Part shown: one piece after another, positions 17,040 through 24,367 of the stretch
Layout of the letters: each line of letters begins with the position of its first letter
Numbering within the stretch: the first letter of the stretch is position 1
From: Candidatus Micrarchaeota archaeon
Lineage (GTDB): Archaea; Micrarchaeota; Micrarchaeia; Anstonellales; Bilamarchaeaceae
Direction of reading: 5' to 3'
Assembly: GCA_037440825.1 (NCBI GenBank)
Contig: JBBITJ010000005.1
Coordinates: 13,980 to 38,346 of the forward strand
Length of the DNA: 24,367 nt
The notes under the pieces: model-generated
Told to the model about the DNA's origin: nothing
The model's database searches: none
Seen by the model: only the letters and a program-made list of their open reading frames with translations
Made by a program: the position numbers and the translations under genes

Positions 17040-17256
17040 CGGGCTCGGCAGGATTCTTAGGCGGTATCGCCTCAAAAATAGAGGAAATGCCTGAACCCAC
17101 AACCGCCCGGTTCCCACCAGAGTTGCCAGTTTTCCGTTTCGGGTTTCGCGTACGAGCCTCGAAACACAGGGCTGGAAACCGCTTTGAGAACCATCAAGCC
17201 ACAATTAGCTTGAGGCTGTCCGAAGCCGGGCGCGCTATCCGTTGCGCCACGAGCCC
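17040..17256 (-). tRNA. tRNA-Arg(UCG) with two introns: 37/38 (17112-17219, 108 nt) and 56/57 (17057-17092, 36 nt)
   Basis: Acceptor GGGCTCG/CGAGCCC-G, D-stem GCGC/GCGC, anticodon stem CCCGG/CCGGG with loop CT-TCG-G|A, T-stem GTGGG/CCTGC with spliced loop TTC|GAAT. BHB-like junctions. TTTAAAAA box at 17287-17280. Confidence 0.92.
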
Positions 17257-17364
17257 ACACATCCACTTCTCTTGCTTACTTTTTAAAGAATAATGAGGAA
17301 TAGGAGATGAAAGGGAAATCAAGGAAAAACCGCTAGGGGGCGCAGCCCCCTATGAGGTTTGTCT

Positions 17365-17625
17365 ATGGAAGAAAAAGAGCGTTCGGAAAAGGACCTCGAG
17401 AAGCTGAAGGCGATAATCGCGTATTTCCGCACCCAGCCGTTCGCAAAATCATACTCTGCGCAGCTCGACTTCTCTGAAACCTACTGGAAGGACGCCGAGC
17501 ATTACCACGAAAAAGGCGACTATTTCACGTCGTTCGGGTGCGCGAACTACGCCTACGGCATACTGGAAGGCGTGCTGCTGAAGGAGAAAGGCAAGACGTT
17601 CCACGAGCTCGAGGAGGAAAAATAA
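17365..17625 (+). CDS. DUF357 family protein
   Basis: YWKDAEHYHEKGDYFTSFGCANYAYGILEG matches the archaeal DUF357 pattern. Confidence 0.85.
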   Translation: MEEKERSEKDLEKLKAIIAYFRTQPFAKSYSAQLDFSETYWKDAEHYHEKGDYFTSFGCANYAYGILEGVLLKEKGKTFHELEEEK

Positions 17626-18362
17626 TGCAATTGAAGAAATCCCTTGGCCAGAATTTCCTCAGGGACAAGAACATCCTCGAGAAGGAGGCCCGCCTCCTCG
17701 GCGTAGCCGGCAAGACGGCGCTGGAAATCGGGCCGGGCGACGGCCGCCTTACTGAGCAGCTGCTTCTCGCCGGAGCTAAGGAAGTCATAGCAGTTGAGAA
17801 AGACGCCCGCATGGTAGAAATGCTGAAGAACCGCTTCGCAGGCAAGCCCGTGGAAGTCGTCTACGGCGATTTCCTCGAAATCAATCCTAAAGAATACAAA
17901 ATAGACAAGATAGCGGGCAACATCCCCTACTACATCTCCAGCCCCATAATTTTCAAATTGAAGGAATTCGATTTCGAGGACGCGATAATTATGGTGCAGG
18001 ACGAGTTCGCGAAAAAGATGGTGTGCAAGCCCGGAGATGCGAATTACGGCCGCCTGAGCGTGACCTCCAACCTTTTCTACGAAGTCAAATACATCCAGAA
18101 GGTGCCTGCGCACCTCTTCGACCCCCCTCCTAAGGTGAATTCCGCGATAATCGTGCTTAGGAAGCGTGGTCTGTCCGTCAGCATAGGCGCTGAAAACGTG
18201 ATACGCGCGCTCTTCCAGCACAAGAACAAAACCGTGCGCAACGCCCTGCTGGATGCGGGCTACCTTGAAAGCAAGGTCAAAGCCCTCGGCGCATTGCTGA
18301 AGCTGAGGCCCAGGGAACTCACAGAAGAAAAGATCCTTGAAATCTGCGGAAAATTGGAATGA
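17625..18362 (+). CDS. ksgA: 16S rRNA adenine dimethyltransferase KsgA/Dim1
   Basis: KKSLGQNFL, LEIGPGDG, AGNIPYYISSPI, MVQDEFA, YGRLSV, FDPPPKVNS. Start at the TAATG overlap. Confidence 0.96.
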   Translation: MQLKKSLGQNFLRDKNILEKEARLLGVAGKTALEIGPGDGRLTEQLLLAGAKEVIAVEKDARMVEMLKNRFAGKPVEVVYGDFLEINPKEYKIDKIAGNIPYYISSPIIFKLKEFDFEDAIIMVQDEFAKKMVCKPGDANYGRLSVTSNLFYEVKYIQKVPAHLFDPPPKVNSAIIVLRKRGLSVSIGAENVIRALFQHKNKTVRNALLDAGYLESKVKALGALLKLRPRELTEEKILEICGKLE

Positions 18363-18442
18363 AATAAAAACAAGATAAGAAAAGAAGGCCTTCGCCGTTT
18401 GGGGCGGCGAAGTCAGCTTCGTCGGTTAGTAGAAGAATCTAC

Positions 18443-18604
18443 TTAGAACCTGCTCGGCTTGTGCTTCTTGTAGCAGTCCCTGCAGTACACAGGCCTGCCT
18501 TCCTTCGGCTCGAAGGGAACTTCGCAAGCTGCTCCGCAGTCGGAACAAGTCGCAGGATACATTTTCCTGTCTCCGCCAAATCCTCCTCCGCTTCCGTATG
18601 CCAT
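18443..18604 (-). CDS. CxxC-x17-CxxC zinc-ribbon protein (53 aa)
   Basis: Below the ORF-track cutoff: MAYGSGGGFGGDRKMYPATCSDCGAACEVPFEPKEGRPVYCRDCYKKHKPSRF, with GGTGA RBS. Confidence 0.93.
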   Translation of the reverse strand: MAYGSGGGFGGDRKMYPATCSDCGAACEVPFEPKEGRPVYCRDCYKKHKPSRF

Positions 18605-18622
18605 ATATTCACCTATTTTTTT

Positions 18623-18717
18623 CTACCTGTTTAGAAACCTGCTTCAGAATTAGGAGATTTTACTCTACTACTCTGCTCTCGGCGCACCCCTTTGGGGCGC
18701 TTATCTAAACCAAGTAG
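18623..18717 (-). promoter_or_regulatory. Candidate structured 5' leader of the zinc-ribbon gene
   Basis: Closing stem CUACUU(G)GUUUAGA/UCUAAAC-AGGUAG with two inner hairpins. TTTATATA box at about 18740-18733. Confidence 0.55.
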
Positions 18718-18766
18718 CATATGGGATCCGTGGTATATAAACCTATGTATTTGCACGAAAATACAC

Positions 18767-19153
18767 TTATGCCCAGAAAATCTTGGTCCTTGTGCGCATG
18801 ACTATGATCCGGCTGTGGGTTTCCGCCTTGAGCCGCGTCCTGATGCCTATATCGTTGGTGCAAACTATCGTCCTGGGGTTCGCCTTGCAGTATTCCACTA
18901 TCCAGTCGTCTGCGGCCCTGATATTGGACTCTATTATGCGGAGCTTGTTCCGCTCTATTATCTCCAGCGCCACCCGCGCCGCAATGCTTTCCTTCTTCCT
19001 TCCCTTGGAAAGTCTCTTGAGCTCGGCGAGCACCGGCTCGCCCACCGCCAGTTCGTGCGCACTCTCCACGAGCTTGTCCAGCGCTGCCATGATGTTTATC
19101 TTGAATTGATAGGGGATGAGGAGGAAATTCGTGTCCAGTATTATCGTTTTCAT
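18767..19153 (-). CDS. PIN-domain nuclease (archaeal Fcf1/Utp24-like)
   Basis: IILDTNFLLIP, VLAELKRL, ADDWI, VCTND. Confidence 0.9.
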   Translation of the reverse strand: MKTIILDTNFLLIPYQFKINIMAALDKLVESAHELAVGEPVLAELKRLSKGRKKESIAARVALEIIERNKLRIIESNIRAADDWIVEYCKANPRTIVCTNDIGIRTRLKAETHSRIIVMRTRTKIFWA

Positions 19154-19159
19154 GTGCAA

Positions 19160-20584
19160 TCAGCCTGCGATGTTGTGCGCGATCCTGTCCGCGTCGAATT
19201 CCTCTATGTCTTCGTAGCCCTGCCCCACGGTCACGTAGAGCACGGGGACCTTAGTCACCTTGGATATGGAAATGACCGTCCCGCCCTTGGCGTCGCAGTC
19301 CAGCTTGGTGAGTATCACTCCGTCCAGCCCGAGCTCGCGGTTGAACGTATCGACTTGCTCTATCACTGAGTTCCCGGCAATGCTTTCGCCCACATAAACC
19401 TTTATTTCCGGCGCTAGCACGCGCACCATCTTCTTCAGCTCGTTGAGAAGGTTGAGGTTGGTCTCCTGCCTTCCCGCGGTGTCTATGAGCACGACGTCCA
19501 TGTTGTGCGCCTTGGCGTGGCTCACCGCATCAAAAGCGACGGAAGTCGGATCTGCGCCGTATTTCCCCTTCACGACCTTTATCCCCAGCCTGCTGCCGTG
19601 GATCTCCATCTGCTCTATCGCAGCCGCCCTGAACGTGTCCGCAGCAGCGATCACCACCGTGTAGCCGTTCTTTTTCAGCAAATTGGCTATCTTCGCGATC
19701 GTGGTGGTCTTGCCGCTTCCGTTCGGGCCGGTGAACATTATCTTAACTGGTCGCGCTTCAATCCTCTTCACCTGCTCCAATATGGGCATGCCGGTGTTTT
19801 CCGACATTATCTCCTTTATCGAATTGAAAAATGCCGATTCTATCTTCTGCTGGAGCTCGCTCTTCTTCATCTTGCTGCCCACGAGCTCGTTGCGCAATTC
19901 ATCCTTTATCTGCTCCGCGACCTCGAAAGCCACGTCTCCCTCGAGCAGCTCCATCTCGAAATCGTCCAGCGCGGAAGATATATCCTTTTCGCTCAGCTCG
20001 ACCTCGCTGCTGAATATGGACTTCACTTGCGTGGCGAGGCTGAGCTTGACCTTTTCTTCCTTCTTCTCCCCGGGCTTCTTCCCGCCGCCTTTCATTATCG
20101 TTGCGAGGAATCCGCCCGTCTCGGTTTCGCATTTTGCCTCGGCCTTAGTCCCCTTCGCAGGCTCGACCGTCGCATTCTGCTCTTTCCACTGCGAAGGAAC
20201 CTCTGACTTGGCCTGGCCAGAAACCGCAATGGCGACTGCCCCCTCTATTTTTTCATTTTTCTCTCCGCCTGCAGCCGGTCCGTACTCCGCCTTTTTCTCC
20301 GCAGCGTGCTGAGGGAACGGCTTCGGCTTCTTTTCCGCGTGCGCAGCCGCGGCATGCGCATGGTGTTTGGAGTATTCATGCTCCTTCTCAATCTTCGCCG
20401 GCTTGGACTGCACCTTCTTCTCGTGCTCCTCCACTGCCTTCTTCGCCTCGGGAATGGCCGCAGCGACCTTTTCCTCTATGCGCTCTATTTGTGCCTCAGC
20501 TTTTTTCTCTGCCGCCTTCTCCTCCTGCCTGCTAGCTATCTTGTCCACAAATTCGGAAATCTTCTTCTTGAGAAAGTCGAACAT
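19160..20584 (-). CDS. ftsY: Signal recognition particle receptor FtsY
   Basis: GPNGSGKTTTIAK, AADTFRAAA, DTAGR, TKLD, KGG, GQGYED. Long low-complexity N-terminal region. Confidence 0.97.
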   Translation of the reverse strand: MFDFLKKKISEFVDKIASRQEEKAAEKKAEAQIERIEEKVAAAIPEAKKAVEEHEKKVQSKPAKIEKEHEYSKHHAHAAAAHAEKKPKPFPQHAAEKKAEYGPAAGGEKNEKIEGAVAIAVSGQAKSEVPSQWKEQNATVEPAKGTKAEAKCETETGGFLATIMKGGGKKPGEKKEEKVKLSLATQVKSIFSSEVELSEKDISSALDDFEMELLEGDVAFEVAEQIKDELRNELVGSKMKKSELQQKIESAFFNSIKEIMSENTGMPILEQVKRIEARPVKIMFTGPNGSGKTTTIAKIANLLKKNGYTVVIAAADTFRAAAIEQMEIHGSRLGIKVVKGKYGADPTSVAFDAVSHAKAHNMDVVLIDTAGRQETNLNLLNELKKMVRVLAPEIKVYVGESIAGNSVIEQVDTFNRELGLDGVILTKLDCDAKGGTVISISKVTKVPVLYVTVGQGYEDIEEFDADRIAHNIAG

Positions 20585-20589
20585 GGCAT

Positions 20590-20997
20590 CTACTGCCTGT
20601 CAGCGCTCAGCTTTACGTTCAGTTCCTGGAGCTTCTGGTTGATCGCGCCGAGTTTTGCAGCTATCTTCTGGAACTCCGCCTTGAGCCGCTCAGCTGCCTT
20701 CTCGGTCGAAGCTATTCTCTTCTTGACCTCGTCTATCGCTTCGTGCTTCTTGAGGCTCACCAGGTATCCGCCGCCTATGGGCACCAGCACCTCCGTGGAC
20801 GAGACTTTTGCGTTGACCATAGCCCCGCCTCCGATAGGGACGAAGACTGAGTCTTCCTTGAGCGTCTCCACCGATCTGAGCGAATTCTGCAGCTCCGCAG
20901 TAGTCATGGACACGCGCTCAATTTCGCCTTCGAGCAGCCTTAGCTGCTCCCTGTAAAGCCTCGCCTCGTAAGCCAGCCTCTGGTACTCGTCTGCCAT
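20590..20997 (-). CDS. pfdA: Prefoldin subunit alpha
   Basis: Coiled coils flanking VPIGGG...VLVPIGGGY; conserved position upstream of ftsY. Confidence 0.95.
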   Translation of the reverse strand: MADEYQRLAYEARLYREQLRLLEGEIERVSMTTAELQNSLRSVETLKEDSVFVPIGGGAMVNAKVSSTEVLVPIGGGYLVSLKKHEAIDEVKKRIASTEKAAERLKAEFQKIAAKLGAINQKLQELNVKLSADRQ

Positions 20998-21174
20998 CTA
21001 CTGCACCTTGGCGACGCTCTCTATCTTCACCTTCTTCCTGTTAACGCCGTTGACCGACCCTATGAGCGCGTACGTCACGTCTTTCGCGTGCTTCTCGCTC
21101 TTCGCTTCGACCTCCTTGCTGAACTTTCTCTTCCCGTTAGGGATGTCCACGGTTCCGTTTACAGTAAATTTCAT
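20998..21174 (-). CDS. rpl18a: 50S ribosomal protein L18Ae/LX (eL20), 58 aa
   Basis: Not in the ORF track: MKFTVNGTVDIPNGKRKFSKEVEAKSEKHAKDVTYALIGSVNGVNRKKVKIESVAKVQ. GGTGA RBS and expected operon position. Confidence 0.92.
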   Translation of the reverse strand: MKFTVNGTVDIPNGKRKFSKEVEAKSEKHAKDVTYALIGSVNGVNRKKVKIESVAKVQ

Positions 21175-21190
21175 TCAAATCACCTTATAT

Positions 21191-21508
21191 TTATCCTACT
21201 CTGGTTCCAGGCGCAACGCTCTTTTCCGTAGTCAGGAGCACGACCTCCTTTTCCCCCGCAGCGAGCAGCATTCCCTGCGACTCCAGCCCGGCGATCTTCT
21301 TGTAATCCATGTTCGCTACGATGATTATATTCTTTCCTACTAGTTCTTCAGGCTTGTAGAACTTCGCGATTCCGGCAACAATCTGCCTTTTCTCGCTGCC
21401 CAGGTCCACCTGGAGCTTCAGGAGCTTGTTCGAGCCCTCCACCGCAACGGCCTCGAGCACGCGCGCAACGCGCAGCTCTGTTTTGGAGAAATCCTCGTAG
21501 CTCACCAT
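21191..21508 (-). CDS. Stand-alone tRNA-binding OB-fold protein (MetRS C-terminal/Trbp111/CsaA-like)
   Basis: ELRVARVL, KLLKLQVDLG..RQIVAGI, VANM...GLESQGMLLAA. Confidence 0.92.
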   Translation of the reverse strand: MVSYEDFSKTELRVARVLEAVAVEGSNKLLKLQVDLGSEKRQIVAGIAKFYKPEELVGKNIIIVANMDYKKIAGLESQGMLLAAGEKEVVLLTTEKSVAPGTRVG

Positions 21509-21513
21509 GCGAA

Positions 21514-22173
21514 TCACAGATACCCTAACGCTGCCTCCATCTTCCCTATCTCGAATCCGGTGCTCGCCTCGCCCACGACGAATCCTTTCGAATTCGCGAC
21601 CATGCCTATGCCCACGAATCCGGTCCCCATATTCACAGTCCCCTTGTCCCCAGGCACCTTGAGCGCATCCTCAAGCGATTTCATCTCTTCCTCGCTCGCG
21701 GCGTAATGCGCAAGGAATCCCTTGTTTGTCGCAGTGCACGCGCTTCCAACCGTGGAATAGTTGGCGATTGTCAGCGGAACCAGCTCCACTCCGAGCGCGT
21801 CCTCCATCCTCTTTCTCTCTCCGGAGTCCACGTGCGGGTTCACTACTCCTCCCTTGCCGTTCGCGCAGATGTTGTTCCCGTGCGCGTTGTTGAGCTCCTT
21901 GGAAACGAGCACGTTGAGCCCCTCCTTCTTCAGGAGTGCGAGCTCACGCTCCTCTATCACGTTCGGAAGCACCACACCGTTGTTGTTCATCGCGGTGTAT
22001 ATCCCGACGAGGTTGGAGCTCGCCATCGTGAGCTGCACCACTTTAGTGCCGAGCTCCTGCTCCAACGCGAGCACGTTCTTGTGCTGCGCATCAACCGGAG
22101 CGAGGGCTATGCTGTCGTTCGCCTTGAAGAAAAGCCCCAGGAAAGGGTTCCCGTAATACGCGGTCCTGTGCAT
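21514..22173 (-). CDS. eif6: Translation initiation factor aIF6
   Basis: GNPFLGLF, NNNG, GN.ICAN, TVGS, GTVNMG..FVG, ANSKG, TGFE repeats of IF6. Confidence 0.95.
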   Translation of the reverse strand: MHRTAYYGNPFLGLFFKANDSIALAPVDAQHKNVLALEQELGTKVVQLTMASSNLVGIYTAMNNNGVVLPNVIEERELALLKKEGLNVLVSKELNNAHGNNICANGKGGVVNPHVDSGERKRMEDALGVELVPLTIANYSTVGSACTATNKGFLAHYAASEEEMKSLEDALKVPGDKGTVNMGTGFVGIGMVANSKGFVVGEASTGFEIGKMEAALGYL

Positions 22174-22553
22174 TACTTCTTCTCCTCTTTCTTCTCGTGC
22201 TTGTGCGCATGCTCCTCCTTCTTCGCAGGAGCAGCCTTCGTCTCAGCCTTCGGAGCATCTTTCTTCTCTTCTTTCTTGGGCTCCGGCTTCGTTATTTTCT
22301 CTTCCACGAGGTACGCCTTCGCAACGTCGGTCTCCTTCACGACCTTTATCTTGACCTTGCGCGGAGGCTTCTGTATGCTCTGTGCCCAGAGCACCGCGTT
22401 GAGCGCGTTGGACACCTTCACCGCGTCCAGTGCGACCTTGCTGTGCCTGGACACGAACTGCTTGAGCAGCGAAACCGCCCTCCTGGCCCTCCTGGTCCTC
22501 ACGTAGTCGTACGCCTTCGCAAGCGGGACTGTGTAGATCTTCTCATCTGCCAT
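22173..22553 (-). CDS. rpl31e: 50S ribosomal protein L31e
   Basis: IYTVPL, RARRAV..LKQFVSRH, LNAVLW, KPPRKVKI; charged C-terminal tail. Confidence 0.95.
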   Translation of the reverse strand: MADEKIYTVPLAKAYDYVRTRRARRAVSLLKQFVSRHSKVALDAVKVSNALNAVLWAQSIQKPPRKVKIKVVKETDVAKAYLVEEKITKPEPKKEEKKDAPKAETKAAPAKKEEHAHKHEKKEEKK

Positions 22554-22558
22554 CGCAA

Positions 22559-22723
22559 TCACCATTTCCTGGCTCCGAGCTTCTGCGTCCTCCAGGCCCT
22601 CTTCTTGAAGTTCTGGGTGACCTTCCTCTTGGTCCTGATCGCGACGAAAACAGGGAGCCTCCTGTTCTGCCGCGTGGCTTTCGCAAGCCTCTTTTTCTTG
22701 TCATGCGTCTTCTTGGTCATCAT
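22559..22723 (-). CDS. rpl39e: 50S ribosomal protein L39e (54 aa)
   Basis: Not in the ORF track: MMTKKTHDKKKRLAKATRQNRRLPVFVAIRTKRKVTQNFKKRAWRTQKLGARKW. Confidence 0.95.
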   Translation of the reverse strand: MMTKKTHDKKKRLAKATRQNRRLPVFVAIRTKRKVTQNFKKRAWRTQKLGARKW

Positions 22724-22729
22724 AGCCAC

Positions 22730-23029
22730 CTATTTCCTTTCGAATGTTATTTCGGGTTCGCGTTCCTCGCCCTTGAGCCTTCGCAGTATCATGAGGACCT
22801 CCTTGTTGCCCAGCTTCCTTCCGAGCCTCTGGAAGATCGCCACGCATCCCTGCACCGCGTTCGCGTACAGTTCCGGGTTCGCGACCTTCACGTTCATCAT
22901 CCGCTCATAGGCCTCGTCGTCGAGCACTTTCCTGAGCGTCGATTTTATCTGCTCTTCCGCGTCCTGGCTTTTCTGGAGCTGTTCGAGCTTCTTCTTCCTA
23001 ATCTGCTCGAGCTCATCGGACAATTTCAT
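22730..23029 (-). CDS. PDCD5/TFAR19-related DNA-binding protein
   Basis: ELEQIRKKKLEQL, LRKVLDDEAYERMMNVKVANPE; conserved position after S19e. Confidence 0.92.
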   Translation of the reverse strand: MKLSDELEQIRKKKLEQLQKSQDAEEQIKSTLRKVLDDEAYERMMNVKVANPELYANAVQGCVAIFQRLGRKLGNKEVLMILRRLKGEEREPEITFERK

Positions 23030-23454
23030 GCACCCTTTTTGACCTCCTTGGCCGAGCTGTCAAGCAGCTTTCTGCCCTTGGCGGTGAGTCTCCTTCCCTT
23101 CTTCGGACCCTTCTCCACCTTCTCCATGAGGCCCGCCTTCTCGAGCGCCTGGAAAGCCTTCCTTATCGTCGAGCCTCCTGCTCTCCTGTGCCTGTTCGGC
23201 CGGACACCGCGGTTCTTCTTCCCGCCGTAGTGGATCCTCAGCTTCTGCACCCCTATGATGTTGCGCAGGTACGCCTGCCTCATTATGGACGCGCAGCGCA
23301 CGAAGAAGAAATTCTCCTGCTCCGGCGGCCTCTGGTTGTGGGCGCCGCTCTTCACTATGCCCACGAACGCCGGCTGCTGGATGCCCATTTCCATGAGCTT
23401 CTCGGCGACCTTCGCGTTCAGCTTGTTCGCATCTACATCTATCGCACTTGCCAT
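23026..23454 (-). CDS. rps19e: 30S ribosomal protein S19e
   Basis: VKSGAHNQRPP, RCASIMR, YGG, GSTIRKAFQALE, GRRLT.KG. Confidence 0.97.
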   Translation of the reverse strand: MASAIDVDANKLNAKVAEKLMEMGIQQPAFVGIVKSGAHNQRPPEQENFFFVRCASIMRQAYLRNIIGVQKLRIHYGGKKNRGVRPNRHRRAGGSTIRKAFQALEKAGLMEKVEKGPKKGRRLTAKGRKLLDSSAKEVKKGA

Positions 23455-23492
23455 TATATCACTCTGCACACTCTCTGCGTGTTTTTAGTATG

Positions 23493-23638
23493 TGGTTGCC
23501 AGTCGCGCGTTCCGCGTTTGGAAGCGCAGCGCAACCTCTACCCATGCCTTTCCTTTCGTCGTGGAATTAAAATCAGCGGCACGTTACAACTCGTTCCGCC
23601 TAATGGCGCGGACCTTGGAAATCCGCATCCAGGTTGGA
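23493..23638 (-). ncRNA. Candidate structured leader/ncRNA upstream of rps19e
   Basis: Series of stems, with G-U pairs favouring the minus strand. TTTATAA box at about 23671-23665. Confidence 0.4.
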
Positions 23639-23661
23639 GTTCTAATATTAATGAGAAATGA

Positions 23662-24177
23662 TTATAAAGACTTGGTTAGTGGGGCTTTCTGGATTTCCGG
23701 GACAATCTCGCCCCCGCTTTCCCGCTCTTCCACTGCTTCGAGCGCCTTGCATACGTTCCGAAGCGTGCCTTCCCCATCCAAACTCACAAGCATTGTGGCT
23801 GTCCCCCTGCCGTCCTTCCCGGTCTCGAATTCAATGACCGTGATCTTTCCGCACACCTTCGTATCCTCCTTCACTTCCACCTTGCCTGCGCACACATCCG
23901 CGAAAAACGAATACGCTTCGCCCACAAGCTCCTCTGCCATGCCCTTCGCGACCTGCGCCTGCTCCAACGAACCTCTGTTGCCTTCCTTCTCCACCAGCAC
24001 AGCGGTGTCCAGGGTGTTTTCGCACTTCTTGCCTTCTCTCAATTCCAACCTCCCAACATAAGTCTTGGCCTTTGGCGTGTCCGCCACATTGGACGAACAG
24101 CTGATGAGAAAAAATGCTCCGAAAGCCGCTGCTGCTGTTACGAGCCTTCCCCTGCCGGAACCGCCTGTTTTCGCCAT
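23662..24177 (-). CDS. Hypothetical lipoprotein
   Basis: Basic N-terminus, hydrophobic stretch and FLISC lipobox. TTTAAA box upstream. Confidence 0.7.
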   Translation of the reverse strand: MAKTGGSGRGRLVTAAAAFGAFFLISCSSNVADTPKAKTYVGRLELREGKKCENTLDTAVLVEKEGNRGSLEQAQVAKGMAEELVGEAYSFFADVCAGKVEVKEDTKVCGKITVIEFETGKDGRGTATMLVSLDGEGTLRNVCKALEAVEERESGGEIVPEIQKAPLTKSL

Positions 24178-24254
24178 GTGCATAATAAACATATCTGCTA
24201 CTCATACAAACATTTAAACCTCATCTTTTTAATTCCAGCCCGGCACTATCCTGC

Positions 24255-24365
24255 ATGGCAGAACTGGAAGCGTTCCTGGAAGTGGCGTTCAGCCGCCTCA
24301 TAGAGCTGCTGACCGCCCCGCTCCTCTACCCAGACATGCTCTGGATCGTCTTCCCTCTTTTCGGG
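24255..24365 (+). CDS. Membrane protein, N-terminal fragment
   Basis: MAELEAFLEVAFSRLIELLTAPLLYPDMLWIVFPLFG..., open to the window edge. Confidence 0.65.
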   Translation, partial: MAELEAFLEVAFSRLIELLTAPLLYPDMLWIVFPLFG

Positions 24366-24367
24366 AC

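Noticed and set aside
17004..17293. Three short ORFs of 64-68 aa
   Set aside because: All overlap the intron-containing tRNA-Arg gene.
20050..20584. FtsY N-terminal extension as a novel domain or repeat insertion
   Set aside because: Variable low-complexity N-termini are normal for FtsY, and no clear 7-nt periodicity is visible.
23493..23640. RNase P RNA, 5S rRNA, SRP RNA or hammerhead/twister ribozyme
   Set aside because: The conserved cores (RNase P CR-I/CR-V, SRP helix 8 motif, CUGAUGA, twister P4 loop) could not be found.

Overview
Archaeal chromosomal segment, most consistent with a DPANN lineage such as Micrarchaeota (inference from RadA, aPelota, aIF6, archaeal r-proteins, tRNA-Ile(UAU) and multi-intron tRNAs). 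Most genes are housekeeping: pelota/5-formyl-THF cyclo-ligase/purN, a CoaD-YjjX fusion, radA, NAD kinase, RNA methyltransferases, MAP, a YlqF-type GTPase, ksgA, and the S19e-PDCD5-L39e-L31e-aIF6-LX-prefoldin-ftsY operon. The most notable features lie outside the ORF track. (1) Two tRNA genes, Ile(UAU) and Arg(UCG), each carry two BHB introns, one at 37/38 and one in the T-loop. (2) A dispersed 7-nt-period repeat family (TTTCNNG/CYNGAAA) occurs in both long tRNA introns, in intergenic DNA and in two protein genes, and one unit forms part of an intron splice signal. (3) A cytochrome b5 lipoprotein is paired with a STEAP/MsrQ-like membrane protein. (4) A stand-alone LAGLIDADG protein lacks its catalytic residues. 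(5) Two long, structured 5' leaders are candidate cis-regulatory RNAs. All calls come from reading the sequence by eye; no searches or folding programs were run.
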